Below are positions 26,811 through 37,649 of a DNA stretch of 64,000 nucleotides, piece by piece; position 1 is the stretch's first letter, and each line of letters opens with the position of its first letter. Below the pieces are notes generated by a model that ran no database searches, was not told the DNA's origin, and saw nothing but the letters and a program-made list of their open reading frames with translations. This DNA is from an uncultured Acidobacteriota bacterium (GTDB lineage Bacteria > Acidobacteriota > UBA6911 > RPQK01 > JAPXNP01). Made by a program: the position numbers and the translations under genes. The stretch is from the NCBI GenBank assembly GCA_963777605.1, contig CAVZRV010000029.1:352001-416000 (forward strand), written 5' to 3'.

Positions 26811-27236
26811 ATGCTGATCAAACTGGGTGTTGGACTGCTTGCGACTGTGTCGGCGTTGACCATGGCTCTGGCGATTGCCGTTTTCCAGGCCGGCTTCGCG
26901 ACAGTCGAGTTCGAGTCTCCGGATTCTCCGTCCATCTATCTTCCCGTTCCTCTGGCTGCAGTGGACGCTGTCATGGCATTCGTGCCCGAAGAGGACCTGG
27001 CCGATGCCCGGAGGGAGTTGGAACAATATCGACCGGTGATTGAGGCCGTCCTTTCAGAATTGAGAAACTGCCCTGATGTCACCCTGGTCGAGGTTATGGA
27101 GCGGGACGAGATGGTCCTGGTCGTCAAGGAGGGAGCTGAACTTCGGATCAATGTGGATCGGAGAGGCCACGAGCGGGTTCGGGTTCGGATTCCCGTCGAG
27201 GGCATTCAACATACTTTTGCCGCGCTCATGAACTAG
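26811..27236 (+). CDS. Membrane-anchored hypothetical protein related to the upstream gene
   Basis: N-terminal TM, IYLPVPLAAVDAVM and VRVRIPVEGI; 4 bp after the preceding stop. Confidence 0.75.
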   Translation: MLIKLGVGLLATVSALTMALAIAVFQAGFATVEFESPDSPSIYLPVPLAAVDAVMAFVPEEDLADARRELEQYRPVIEAVLSELRNCPDVTLVEVMERDEMVLVVKEGAELRINVDRRGHERVRVRIPVEGIQHTFAALMN

Positions 27237-27252
27237 CGTGGTCCGTTCAAGG

Positions 27253-29574
27253 TCAGGTGCGAACCATGGTCAGGAGGATGGTCGCACTCGTTCCGAAAAC
27301 TACGTTCGGACCCCAGGCCGCCAAGATGGGAGCCAGCAACCCGTTGGCTCCCAGGACGTCGAAGACGCCAAACGCTCCCCAGTAGGCAATCCCCAGAAGG
27401 ACTCCCGCCGCGATTCCGTAGAGTCGGCCCTTTCGTCCCATGGTAAGGGCAAATGGAACTCCCAGGAGCGCCATGATCACGTTGACGATGGGGAAAGACA
27501 GCTTTTTGTAGAGTTCCGTCTTCAGGTAATCGACCTCGAAGCCACCGATCTGCAGGTTCTCGATGTACTTTCTCAGCTCTTTAAAGGTCATCTTGCTGGA
27601 GTCACGAACCTGCTCGTCAAAGAACTCGGGGCGTTCTGAAAACTCGAAGCTCTGGGCATGGAACGCTGAGAAGTTCTGATTCCTGAAGTCCCGATACCAG
27701 CCGTTCCTGAGCAACCAGTCCTCGCGAACCGAGTCCCACTCGGCCTGGTGGGCAAACACCATCTCGGCGATTTCGTCGTGTTTGAAATCCAGTTGATAGA
27801 CGGACAGTTCGACGAAAGTCCTCCGCTTGAAACTGAACAGGTAGTAGTTGTAGAGGCGGCCGTCCTCGCCGAAAATCCAGTGGCGTCCCGGTTGCGAGAT
27901 CTGTGTTGGACTGCCCTTGATCGTGTTGCGGAGGCTGTCCTGACGCTGGTTGGCGTAGGGCAGCACGTATTCCTGGAGCACGAAAATGAAACCACTCACC
28001 ATCAGGGCGAGAACAATGACCGGTATGGCGATTCGATAGATACTGATGCCGCACGATTTGAACGCGGTGATCTGGTTGAATTTCTCGAGAGATCCGAAGG
28101 TCACAAGAGTCGCGATCAGGACCGAGATCGGCACCAGCAACATCAGGAGGTGAGGCTGGAGAAAAACGAAGTAGTTGATCACGACGCGATACGAGATGCT
28201 GTTCCGAAAGATGTCGTCGATGACCTCAAAGAAGGTGAAGAGGCACACCAGCAAGTCGCAGACCAGGAGAATCACCAAGAAATTGGCCAGGAACGAACGC
28301 ACCATGAATAGATCGACAATTCGTGCCAGGCGGAACCTGATGACCGGAAGCCTCCAGGATCGCTGTTCCATGCGGGAGCGAACTCCGGTAATAACGTTGC
28401 CTAACCGGGCGCGCCAGCGCTCGATCACACAGGTGATACAAACCGCGGCCGCCGTATTGGCAAGCCGGTGAAGAATCGGGGAATCGTGCTCGGCAAACCG
28501 CAGCGACGCAACCGCCAGCGCCCCCGCAAACAGATTGGCCCCCCAGACCCCCAGCCAGATTGGGAGGACTCCGTTCTTGCTCAGGCTGCTGCCCGTCGCG
28601 AAAAGGATGTAGTAGATGAAGGCCAGAGTGACGCTGATGATCAGCCCGTAGCCCCTTCCTTTGCGAGGTGTCCGGACTCCGAAGGTTACGGCCAGGACCG
28701 CGAAGACAAGGGCTGCTAAGGGAAGCGCGATACGACGGTTCAACTCCACCCAGTCTTCGTGCGAGTTCTCCCCGTCGGGGGAGCGCAGCCTGTTTACGAT
28801 ATCCATCAGGGTCATGTCACGATCCCGCTTGACTTCGATTCCTTCAGGCTCGCCTTGAGGTCGATCGATCGGGATGTCGAGCGTCGCAAACCGGCTCATC
28901 GTGATTCGCTCAGGATTCTGCTTGGAGACGGTATAGGCCGTACCCGACTCGAAGTGCAGTTGAATCCGCTGTCCCTTCTCGTCGCTGAGCAGGCGACCTC
29001 TGCGGGCCAGGATCACGCGTTCCTCGTCCAGGGCCGACGAATCGGCCAGAAAGATACCGTCCCAGGTCTCGGTGTTCAGATCGATGTCTTCGACGTAGAG
29101 CAGCGTGTTGGGGAACTCTTCGAAAAACACCCTCGGCTTGATCTGGTTGTAGGTAGGAGTGATCTGAACACTGTGACGGAGCAGTCGAAGTTGCCAATTG
29201 CCTTCCGGTGAAAGGTAGAAGGTGAACACAGCCGTCGCTACCACCACGCCCACCGCCACGGTCATGACGGGGCGAAGCATCTGGTAGACGCTCACTCCCC
29301 CTGCGCGCATCGCGATTACTTCACTGTCAGACGAAAGCCGGCTGAAGCCGATCAGGGTTCCGATCAGAAAGGCAAACGGCACCGTGAATACGAGAATCGT
29401 CGGGAGCAGGTAGAGAACCACACGGGCGACGGTCACTGGCTCGGCGCTCCGCTGGATCAGTAGCTCTGCGAGCCGTCCGAACTCCCGAGTGAACACGACG
29501 AAGGTCAACACCGTCAGCGTGATGACGAAGGGACCTCGAGTTTCGCCCTGAATAATCCGGTGGAGCCTACGCAT
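27253..29574 (-). CDS. lptFG: Fused LptF-LptG LPS export ABC transporter permease
   Basis: Two YjgP/Q modules: RLSSDSEVIAMRAGGVS and LEKFNQITAFKSCGIS, each with a jellyroll domain and C-terminal TMs. Confidence 0.9.
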   Translation of the reverse strand: MRRLHRIIQGETRGPFVITLTVLTFVVFTREFGRLAELLIQRSAEPVTVARVVLYLLPTILVFTVPFAFLIGTLIGFSRLSSDSEVIAMRAGGVSVYQMLRPVMTVAVGVVVATAVFTFYLSPEGNWQLRLLRHSVQITPTYNQIKPRVFFEEFPNTLLYVEDIDLNTETWDGIFLADSSALDEERVILARRGRLLSDEKGQRIQLHFESGTAYTVSKQNPERITMSRFATLDIPIDRPQGEPEGIEVKRDRDMTLMDIVNRLRSPDGENSHEDWVELNRRIALPLAALVFAVLAVTFGVRTPRKGRGYGLIISVTLAFIYYILFATGSSLSKNGVLPIWLGVWGANLFAGALAVASLRFAEHDSPILHRLANTAAAVCITCVIERWRARLGNVITGVRSRMEQRSWRLPVIRFRLARIVDLFMVRSFLANFLVILLVCDLLVCLFTFFEVIDDIFRNSISYRVVINYFVFLQPHLLMLLVPISVLIATLVTFGSLEKFNQITAFKSCGISIYRIAIPVIVLALMVSGFIFVLQEYVLPYANQRQDSLRNTIKGSPTQISQPGRHWIFGEDGRLYNYYLFSFKRRTFVELSVYQLDFKHDEIAEMVFAHQAEWDSVREDWLLRNGWYRDFRNQNFSAFHAQSFEFSERPEFFDEQVRDSSKMTFKELRKYIENLQIGGFEVDYLKTELYKKLSFPIVNVIMALLGVPFALTMGRKGRLYGIAAGVLLGIAYWGAFGVFDVLGANGLLAPILAAWGPNVVFGTSATILLTMVRT

Positions 29575-29641
29575 TGGTTCGAACCTTAGAGATTCTAACA
29601 ATTTGAAAACCCCCGGCTCAAACCCGGACAATAGCGGCAGG

Positions 29642-30262
29642 ATGGAATTGGTCGATCTGGGCAGAATGTCCTGGGATGAGGCATACGAGCTTCAGCTCAA
29701 GGCCGTCGAGGAGGTAGCCTCTGGAGGGGCGGAACGAGTCCACCTGGTCGAGCACCCGAACGTCTTCACATTGGGTCGTCGGGCAGACGATGCGAACCTG
29801 CTGGCCCAGGACGCGGTCGGCCGAGGTGAGATCGACGTCCGGCGAATCAACCGGGGGGGAGACATTACTTACCATGGCCCCGGACAGCTGGTCGGCTACC
29901 CCCACATCGACCTCCGGAGGAGGAACCGGGATCTCCATCGATATCTGCGGGATCTGGAATCTGCTTTGATCGACGCGTCCGCCGTTTTCGGGGTTCGCGG
30001 CTACCGGAGAGATGGGCTGACCGGCGTCTGGACCGACGGAGGCAAGTTGGCTTCGATCGGCGTCGGCGTCCGACGGTGGGTGACGTTCCACGGATTTGCG
30101 CTCAACGTGAGTACCGACCTGAGCTACTTCAGTCTGATCAATCCATGCGGTATCAAGGACTGTCCCATGACGTCACTGGAGCGGGAGTCCGGGGCGCGAG
30201 CCCCAATGGAGGAGGTGAAGCAAGCGGTGGTTGGTTCACTGCGTGAGATATTCCGCCGCTGA
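29642..30262 (+). CDS. lipB: Octanoyltransferase
   Basis: EHPNVFTLG, RGGDITYHGPGQLVGYP, KLASIG, HGFALN, PCG. Confidence 0.96.
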   Translation: MELVDLGRMSWDEAYELQLKAVEEVASGGAERVHLVEHPNVFTLGRRADDANLLAQDAVGRGEIDVRRINRGGDITYHGPGQLVGYPHIDLRRRNRDLHRYLRDLESALIDASAVFGVRGYRRDGLTGVWTDGGKLASIGVGVRRWVTFHGFALNVSTDLSYFSLINPCGIKDCPMTSLERESGARAPMEEVKQAVVGSLREIFRR

Positions 30263-30446
30263 AACTTCAAATGGATGTGCTGAAGATCCTGGACGAATCG
30301 CGCTATCGGCTCGAACCAGACCCTGCTGCAGTCGTCGGAATAGTCAAGAGCCGTGGCGTTCGGCGGGATCCTGGTCGCACTCTTTGTGCACAACTCGTCT
30401 TAAACCGTTACGGGCAAGGCAGCTTTGTTCGTGTCCCGAAAACCGC

Positions 30447-31940
30447 CTACTGGAGCGGGACGGGCGATGCGGAAAACTTGAAGAGGTTGATGCCCCAGGC
30501 GGTCGGGAGCCAGAACACCACGATCGAGACCAGGACGGCCGTGCCAATGAGGATCAGGATTGAGCCGATCCGAACCATCTGGGAAATGGTAACCCTTCGA
30601 CTGCTGAACACAATGGCGTTGGGCGGTGTTGAAACCGGCATCATGAACGCGAACGACGCTCCGACTGCGACCGTCACCATGAGTCCGTAGGGATGGAGGT
30701 GAACCGCCTCGGCAAAAGCGCCGACCACGGGCAGGGTTACCGACGCGGTGGCCGTGTTGGACGCGATCTCGGTCATGAGGATCACGGTCAGGGCGACTAC
30801 CGCGATGAGGACAATCGGGTTGATCCAACCGAGTCCGCGAAGGGCTCCCGCAATCCATTCCGAAAGGCCGCTGCTGCTGAACCCGTCGGCAAGGGCGAAG
30901 CCGCCTCCGAAGAGAATGATGATATCCCAGGGCAGCTTGACGGCGGTCTTCCAGTCGAGGAGAAAGACACCCCGTTTCCAGTCCGAGGGAATCAGAAAGA
31001 GCGCCGTCGCCCCCACAATCGCGATCGTGGCATCACCGACCATGGACAGGGCCTTCCATGGAACCATTCCCCGAAAGATCCAGGCGCCCGCCACCACCAG
31101 AAAGACTGCCAGGACCCACTTCTGCTCCTTTGAGACCGGTCCCAGCTTGTGAAGTTCTTCCCGGATCAGCTTGCGCCCGCCGGGGAGTTTGTCGATTTCG
31201 CTCCTGCAGGCGAACCGTGTGAGGTACAGCCAGGTCAAGATCAGCATGATGACGGAAATCGGCAGCCCCACCTTCATCCAGGCCACGAAACTGATGCTCT
31301 GCCCATAGGTCTTTTCGATGACCCCTGCGAGGATCGCGTTCGGAGGTGTGCCGATCAGCGTCGCCACGCCGCCGATGGATGCTCCGTAGGCGATGCCCAG
31401 CATCAGGGAGGTGCCGAACCTGAACTCGTGCTCGCGTCCCGTGTACTCGTCTTCGAGCCCGGCCATGACGAGGGCCTGGCCGACGACGGCCACTCCGATC
31501 GGGAGCATCATCATCGTCGTCGCCGTGTTGCTGATCCACATGGAGAGGGAGGCTGTCGCGATCATGAATCCCAGTACGATCCGGTTGGGGCTGACACCGA
31601 CCATCGCGATGGTCATCAGGGCCAGTCGACGATGAAGGCCCCAGCGCTCGATGGTGACGGCGATCAGGAACCCGCCGAGGTAGAGATAGATCAGGTGGTT
31701 GGCGTAGGAGGGCGTCACTTGCGCGGAGGGCATCACCCCGAGAATCGGAAACAGCGCGATGGGAAGGAGTGCTGTCGCTGGAATGGGGATCGCCTCGGTG
31801 ATCCACCAGGTCGCCATCAGAGCCGTGACTCCCGCGACCCGCCAGGCGGTGAGCGGCATCTGCTCGGGTTGGGGCACGATCAGGAATAGCAGAAAGAGAA
31901 CCGGGCCGAGAAAGAGGCCAATTGTCTTGCGATGCCGCAT
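30447..31940 (-). CDS. DASS/SLC13 sodium-coupled anion (dicarboxylate/sulfate) symporter
   Basis: SMWISNTAT, IGTPPN, EIASNTAT, PVSTPPNAI. Confidence 0.93.
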   Translation of the reverse strand: MRHRKTIGLFLGPVLFLLFLIVPQPEQMPLTAWRVAGVTALMATWWITEAIPIPATALLPIALFPILGVMPSAQVTPSYANHLIYLYLGGFLIAVTIERWGLHRRLALMTIAMVGVSPNRIVLGFMIATASLSMWISNTATTMMMLPIGVAVVGQALVMAGLEDEYTGREHEFRFGTSLMLGIAYGASIGGVATLIGTPPNAILAGVIEKTYGQSISFVAWMKVGLPISVIMLILTWLYLTRFACRSEIDKLPGGRKLIREELHKLGPVSKEQKWVLAVFLVVAGAWIFRGMVPWKALSMVGDATIAIVGATALFLIPSDWKRGVFLLDWKTAVKLPWDIIILFGGGFALADGFSSSGLSEWIAGALRGLGWINPIVLIAVVALTVILMTEIASNTATASVTLPVVGAFAEAVHLHPYGLMVTVAVGASFAFMMPVSTPPNAIVFSSRRVTISQMVRIGSILILIGTAVLVSIVVFWLPTAWGINLFKFSASPVPLQ

Positions 31941-32065
31941 GGGGCGCTCATCTCCAATCCTGATCGTTCAGTCCCAACGATGTTGCAGTTGCAGAACCAG
32001 TTCTCTGACTGCCCGTGGGGAGGTGCAGAAGCGATTCTACACAGCAGGTCCGTTGAATCAACTTT

Positions 32066-32911
32066 TTATCCGTTCCCCAGCCAGGGACGGATCACGGTGT
32101 CCAGGATGAGGTGGACCAGGTTGACGTTACTGATCAGTTGAACCCCGGCCAGCAAAACGAAAACCATGATGAGACGGTTGAAGACCTGCTCGGGGATCCT
32201 GTCGTGCATCCACTTGCCGAGAAAAGACCCCAGCGGGATGAGGCCGATCAGCACGGCGTCGAAGACCAGGACGTCCCGGCGTACCAGTCCGACCGCGACG
32301 TAGAACGGCAACTTCGTCAGGTTGATCAGGGTGAAGGTCCACGCCGTGGTCCCGACAAAGAGGCTTTTTCCCATTCCCTGAGAGAACATGTAGAGGCTGA
32401 CAATTGGACCTGCTGCGTGTGCGATCGTCGATGTCAGCCCGGCGAGGGAGCCGAAGCCCAAGGCTGAGCGGGGACCAAAGTCAAAGTGTTCGACCCATCG
32501 CATGGCCCGGTCTTTGGCCAGGATGTAGATCGCGAAGAAGACTGCGATCACTCCCACGAACCGCTTGATGGCGACGGAGTACTCTCCAACGCCTTCCTTC
32601 CCGATCCACCACCAGACTGCCGCTCCGGCGAGAATCCCGATCAGAGAAGGGAGGTATATGGCGAAAACGTGGCGCCAGACCTTGTTGTGGCGATGGTGAT
32701 AGATGGCGTTGAAGTCGAGGAGGATGAGCAGCGGCAGCAACGTCGCCACGACTTTGTCCACCGGCATCACCAGCATCATCAGCGGAATGGTCAGGATGCC
32801 GACTCCTCCGGCGAAGCCCGATTTCCCGATTCCCTGCACGATGATTCCCAGGGAGACGAAGAGCCAGAAGATGAGCGGCGGAATTCCTTCGCCGATAAAT
32901 GAGTCGAACAT
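32066..32911 (-). CDS. TauE/SafE (TSUP) family exporter
   Basis: GIGKSGFAGG, STIAHAAGP, NLTKLPFY; about 8 TMs. Confidence 0.88.
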   Translation of the reverse strand: MFDSFIGEGIPPLIFWLFVSLGIIVQGIGKSGFAGGVGILTIPLMMLVMPVDKVVATLLPLLILLDFNAIYHHRHNKVWRHVFAIYLPSLIGILAGAAVWWWIGKEGVGEYSVAIKRFVGVIAVFFAIYILAKDRAMRWVEHFDFGPRSALGFGSLAGLTSTIAHAAGPIVSLYMFSQGMGKSLFVGTTAWTFTLINLTKLPFYVAVGLVRRDVLVFDAVLIGLIPLGSFLGKWMHDRIPEQVFNRLIMVFVLLAGVQLISNVNLVHLILDTVIRPWLGNG

Positions 32912-33063
32912 GCCTTGCCTCGAAACTGGGACGTGTATCCGGTGGAGCGAGGGGTTATTATAACCGCCAGTATTCGATTCAGAAGGCACCGGGTTCTCTT
33001 CGATTCGCCCTGCCCCGGCAGGTCGTCGAATCCGGGGTTCTTTCGCAGAGCGAGGTAACGCAG

Positions 33064-34356
33064 ATGTTCAACCGGCGTCAGATTTTGAGTTCGATGTGGG
33101 TTCCAGCGGTCATCCCCCCCGCGGTGGCCAGTCCTGCAGGATTCATGCGTGCCCTCGAGGCGGCTGCGGAGGTGGAACGAGCATCGATCCCCGCGGAAGA
33201 AGTCGCCCGGGACGAAGACTTCTGGTTCCAGATCCAGCAGGCGTTCTCGGTCGATCGTTCGGCAATCAACCTCAACAACGGGGGAGTCAGTCCGTCGATC
33301 ACCACCTGCCAGGAATCACTCAAACGCTACCAGGACTTCGGGAACATGCTGCCGGCCTACAACTTGTGGCGGATCCTCGAACCGCAGAAGGAGAACGTCC
33401 GGAACGGACTGGCGCGAATTTTCGGCTGTGACCCCGAAGAAGTTGCGATTACCCGAAATGCCTCTGAAGGGCTGGAAATCTGCCAGTTTGGCTTCGACCT
33501 GAACCGCGGCGACGAGGTGCTGACGACCAACCAGGACTACCCCCGGATGATCAACACCTGGAAGCAGTTGGAGGAGCGGAACGGTATCGTCCTGAAACAG
33601 TTTCCGATCCCGGTTCCTGCGGAGGACGAAGCCGAAATCGTGCGCCGTTTCGAGGAGCAGATTACGGAACGGACGCGACTGATCCTGATGTGCCACGTCA
33701 TCAACCTGACCGGGCAGATTCTACCCGTCAAAGCGGTATCGGCAATGGCCCGTCGCCATGGCGTACCCCTGATCGTGGACGGCGCCCACTCCTTTGCGCA
33801 CCTCGCGTTCGAACAGGGCGACCTCGACTGTGATTACTTCGCCACCAGCCTGCACAAGTGGTTCTTTGCCCCGCACGGGACCGGGATGCTCTACGTCAAA
33901 AAGGATCGGGTCGAGAGTCTCTGGCCCCTGATGGCCGGATCGCACAGCCAGAAGGGGGACATCCGGAAGTTTGAGGAAATCGGGACGCACCCAGCCGCCA
34001 ATTTCCTGGCCGTCTCCGACGCAGTCCTCTTCCACGAGGGGATCGGAGCACGGCGCAAGGAGGCGCGGATGCGCTATCTGAAGGATTACTGGGCCCGGCG
34101 CCTCACGGAGAACCCCCGGGTGGTCCTGAATACGAGTCTCGATCCGCGCTTCTCCTGCGGTCTGGCGAATGTCCGGATCGAAGGAATTGAATCGGGGAAG
34201 TTGAGTTCCTACCTCTGGCGGGACCATAAGATCCTGGTGACGACGATCAAACACGACGATTTTGAAGGAATTCGGGTGACTCCGAGCGTTTACACCAGCC
34301 TCCCGGAGTTGGACCGTTTTTGTGAGGCGATGGAACAGGCGATTCGGGAGGGGTGA
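33064..34356 (+). CDS. Class V PLP enzyme (isopenicillin-N epimerase/cysteine lyase-like) with Tat-like leader
   Basis: MFNRRQIL leader, NLNNGG, VDGAHS, TSLHKW (PLP lysine). Confidence 0.85.
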   Translation: MFNRRQILSSMWVPAVIPPAVASPAGFMRALEAAAEVERASIPAEEVARDEDFWFQIQQAFSVDRSAINLNNGGVSPSITTCQESLKRYQDFGNMLPAYNLWRILEPQKENVRNGLARIFGCDPEEVAITRNASEGLEICQFGFDLNRGDEVLTTNQDYPRMINTWKQLEERNGIVLKQFPIPVPAEDEAEIVRRFEEQITERTRLILMCHVINLTGQILPVKAVSAMARRHGVPLIVDGAHSFAHLAFEQGDLDCDYFATSLHKWFFAPHGTGMLYVKKDRVESLWPLMAGSHSQKGDIRKFEEIGTHPAANFLAVSDAVLFHEGIGARRKEARMRYLKDYWARRLTENPRVVLNTSLDPRFSCGLANVRIEGIESGKLSSYLWRDHKILVTTIKHDDFEGIRVTPSVYTSLPELDRFCEAMEQAIREG

Positions 34357-35207
34357 GAGTGGTGGAACGGAGAAAGCGGGAGGGAATGGTGGCCGGGCTT
34401 CCTCTCCGGGGAAATGAGAGGGGCCCATTGGGGAATCTCAAAGGCCCGAAGCGGACACTCGTGGTTACCCTGTTTCTGCTGGGACTTCTGGGCCTCCATT
34501 GCGGTCAACCCCGGAAGATCGCCTCTTCGGCAGAGGCGGTTCCCTCGACTTCAGCGCGATCGCTCGAAGCCCTCCGCCGAGAAGCCGCCCTCCAGGTTCC
34601 TCCCCGCGAAAAGGGTGCCGTCCGCGAGCCGGACCTGGTTGACCTCTCCAGGCTCGGCACGAATTTCAGGTTTGACATCCGATACGCCACCGCCAGCAAT
34701 TTCATGGGTGCAGTCATGTACACTCGCCCGGTTGCCTACCTGCAGCGTCCCGCGGCAGAGGCGCTGGTTGCGGCCGGACGCGAGCTTGGCGAACAGGGAC
34801 TGGGGCTTCTGATCTTCGATGGCTACCGTCCGTGGTCTGTGACCTGGCTTTTCTGGGAGGCGACGCCGGTCGCGAAACGGAACTACGTCGCCGACCCGGC
34901 AAGGGGGTCGCGTCACAATCGGGGATGCGCCGTAGACCTGACGCTGTATGATCTCAAGACCGGGCGCGCCTTGCCGATGCCGAGTGGGTACGACGACTTC
35001 ACCGAACGGGCTCACCTGGATTTCGCAGGCGGAACCGAGGAGGAACGGCACAATCGAGGCATTCTAAGGGACGCGATGGAGAAGCAGGACTTTCTTCCCT
35101 ATCCATACGAGTGGTGGCACTACGACTATGCCGAGTGGCAGGCATACCCGATCCTGAACCTGTCGTTCGAAGAATTGGCTGGGGAGGTGTCTGGCCGGTC
35201 GCACTAA
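34353..35207 (+). CDS. D-Ala-D-Ala dipeptidase (VanX/DdpX, M15D), probable lipoprotein
   Basis: [27 protein letters not shown]; hydrophobic stretch ending LGLHC. Confidence 0.92.
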   Translation: MRVVERRKREGMVAGLPLRGNERGPLGNLKGPKRTLVVTLFLLGLLGLHCGQPRKIASSAEAVPSTSARSLEALRREAALQVPPREKGAVREPDLVDLSRLGTNFRFDIRYATASNFMGAVMYTRPVAYLQRPAAEALVAAGRELGEQGLGLLIFDGYRPWSVTWLFWEATPVAKRNYVADPARGSRHNRGCAVDLTLYDLKTGRALPMPSGYDDFTERAHLDFAGGTEEERHNRGILRDAMEKQDFLPYPYEWWHYDYAEWQAYPILNLSFEELAGEVSGRSH

Positions 35208-35301
35208 TCTGAATTGTCCGATTATTCTGGTTGGTCTGATTCGTAGGAAGCGTTCGACGGGTAAGTCCTCAGGCAGTACTCTGGAACAGAGGATCCGAAC
35301 C

Positions 35302-36312
35302 ATGAAGAAAATCAATCGACGATCCGTGATGGCCGCCGGGGCTTTGTCTACAATGGGATCCGTGTTGCCCGGTTCGGCAAGAATACTGCAGTCTGGAAAG
35401 CTCCCCAATGATCCCGAAGAGCGCCGACAGGTTCTCTACCGCCTCTTGGGCGACCTTCCGGCCCGAAACCGACCGATCTCGGCGAATACGATTTGGAAAA
35501 AAGACCGGCCAGGATACGTCCTGGAGAAACTCTCACTCGATCTAAACGGGATTGAGGAAGTGCCGGCCTACCTGATCCGCCCCTCTCAACCCTCCGGCCC
35601 GGTACCGGCGGTGCTCTACAACCACTCTCACGGGGGAGGTTACAAGATCGGGAAAGAAGAGTTTCTCAACGGGCGGGAATACCTTTCCTCTCCACCCTAT
35701 GCTGAGGTTATCGCGGAAATGGGATGGGTTGGCCTCTGTATCGACACGTGGGTGTTCGGTGAACGGAGCCACACCAGCGAGATGGATACCTTCAAGGCAA
35801 TGCTCTGGCAGGGAGAGGTTCTCTGGGGGATGATGGTCTACGACAGCATCCGTGCCCTTGACTACCTGGTCGGCCGGCCCGAGGTTGACCCGAACCGGGT
35901 TGCCACCCTTGGAATGTCGATGGGGAGCACGATGGCCTGGTGGGTTGCCGCTCTCGACCGGCGGATCAAGGTGACTGTCGATATCTGCTGTCTGACCGAT
36001 TTCCAGTCGTTGCTGCGGCGAAGGGCGCTCAGCGAGCACGGCGTCTATTACTACGTCCCGAGTCTGCTCAAGTACTTCAGCACGGCCGAGATCAATGCCC
36101 TGATCGCCCCGCGGCCGCATCTTGGAGTCGCCGGCAGGCGGGACTCATTGACTCCTCCGGAAGGGTTGGACACGATCGAAGAGCACCTCAACGGGGTCTA
36201 TTCGGAGATGGGCGCGCCGGATCACTGGAAGTTACTGCGTTACGATGTCGCTCACCAGGAGACGCCGGAAGCCCGCCGCGAGATCCGCGCCTTCCTGGAG
36301 AGGTTTGTCTAG
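35302..36312 (+). CDS. Alpha/beta hydrolase (dienelactone hydrolase-like) with Tat-like leader
   Basis: INRRSVM, GMSMG, LIAPRP, D and H of the catalytic triad. Confidence 0.85.
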   Translation: MKKINRRSVMAAGALSTMGSVLPGSARILQSGKLPNDPEERRQVLYRLLGDLPARNRPISANTIWKKDRPGYVLEKLSLDLNGIEEVPAYLIRPSQPSGPVPAVLYNHSHGGGYKIGKEEFLNGREYLSSPPYAEVIAEMGWVGLCIDTWVFGERSHTSEMDTFKAMLWQGEVLWGMMVYDSIRALDYLVGRPEVDPNRVATLGMSMGSTMAWWVAALDRRIKVTVDICCLTDFQSLLRRRALSEHGVYYYVPSLLKYFSTAEINALIAPRPHLGVAGRRDSLTPPEGLDTIEEHLNGVYSEMGAPDHWKLLRYDVAHQETPEARREIRAFLERFV

Positions 36313-37649
36313 CGGGCGACGTCGTGGATCCAGCGGCAGATTCGTCCGGTGGCCTCAATCGGTGCCGTGCAGTAAAAGTCGAGAAACTCCTTGTCGAGTT
36401 CTCCTCGCAGGGGCGTTCGTCGTGCTGCCGTCAGGGCACGTCCACCGTCGAAATCAACGTAGGCCAGGCGGGCCGTCAATTCGGCGGGCTGGCGACCGAA
36501 AACGGCGCCCGGAAGAGCGGCTACGCCGGTTTCTTCGAGGAGCAGGTGGCAGAGTTCCACGCTGGTACCAACTCCCCGTGATTCCAGGGTCTGTCGAAAC
36601 GGTTCAAAGCTCGGAAAAAGGTAGAAAGCGCCTTCCGGTTCGGGAGTGATGACGCCAGCCTCTTTCAGTTGTCGTGAGATGCGGGCACTCAGGGCCTTGA
36701 GGATGCGTCGGGACTGGGCGAGGTATTCCTCGATTTCGATTCCCCCGTCGAAGGCGCGAACGGCGGCGAACTGGATCGGTGAAGATGTCGAAGTGTAGGT
36801 TTCACTGGCGACGACCGCCATCGAATCCATCAGCCAGCGCAGCGATCGCGGGAAGATGAACGTTCCCAGTCGCCAGCCGCCGGCTCCGCACCACTTGCTC
36901 AGGCCCGTGCTGATCACGGTTCCTTCGGGGTAGAACTTGGCGATCGAGACGTGCCGACCGCTGTGATCGAGTTCTCCGTAGATCTCGTCGGAGAGGAGGA
37001 CCACCCGGTACTTGCGGGCAATTGCGGCCAACTCCCGCAGTTGATCGACGCTGTAAGATACGCCGCTCGGATTGTTGGGGTAGTTTATGACGATCAGCCG
37101 CGGCCGGCCCGGATCTCTCCGACAAACGCTCTCGATTTCCTCGGCCGTCAGCCGCCAATCGTCCTCCAGCCTGGTGGTAAGCCATTGGATGTGGCGTCCG
37201 ATGATGTGGGCCTGGGGAGCGTAGGAGACCCAACTTGGGGTCGGAATGACCAGGTCCCCGTAATAGACGAGCTGGAGTATGAACATCAGCTCCTTGGAGC
37301 CGGGCCCGATCAAGACATCTTCTCCGGAATACTCGATTCCCTGGGTCCTTCGAACGTAGGAAGCTACCGAGTCTCGAAGAAGTCTCAGGCCCTTGACGGG
37401 CAGGTATGCCTTCTGGTGGGCATTTGCCTTCAGTTCGTCGACGACGCTGCGGGGTACCGGGAAGGGCGACTGACCGAGGCCCATCCGGAAGATTGGTCTT
37501 CCCGATTGGGCAAGCTCGTCGCTGCGTTCGTTGATTTCCAGCGTGGCCGACTGAGAGAGCCCGCGGACATTGAGGTTGAGATTGACATCGGGCTGGTAGA
37601 GCTTGCTTGGCCGAACCTTGTTGCGGGGACGAGCTGGTTCACTTTTCAC
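36309..37649 (-). CDS. Class I/II PLP aminotransferase (aspartate aminotransferase-like)
   Basis: [27 protein letters not shown]. Confidence 0.9.
   Translation of the reverse strand: MKSEPARPRNKVRPSKLYQPDVNLNLNVRGLSQSATLEINERSDELAQSGRPIFRMGLGQSPFPVPRSVVDELKANAHQKAYLPVKGLRLLRDSVASYVRRTQGIEYSGEDVLIGPGSKELMFILQLVYYGDLVIPTPSWVSYAPQAHIIGRHIQWLTTRLEDDWRLTAEEIESVCRRDPGRPRLIVINYPNNPSGVSYSVDQLRELAAIARKYRVVLLSDEIYGELDHSGRHVSIAKFYPEGTVISTGLSKWCGAGGWRLGTFIFPRSLRWLMDSMAVVASETYTSTSSPIQFAAVRAFDGGIEIEEYLAQSRRILKALSARISRQLKEAGVITPEPEGAFYLFPSFEPFRQTLESRGVGTSVELCHLLLEETGVAALPGAVFGRQPAELTARLAYVDFDGGRALTAARRTPLRGELDKEFLDFYCTAPIEATGRICRWIHDVAR

Noticed and set aside
30271-30690. 139-aa ORF after lipB (possible lipA)
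   Set aside because: No LipA cysteine motifs and more than half overlaps the DASS gene antisense
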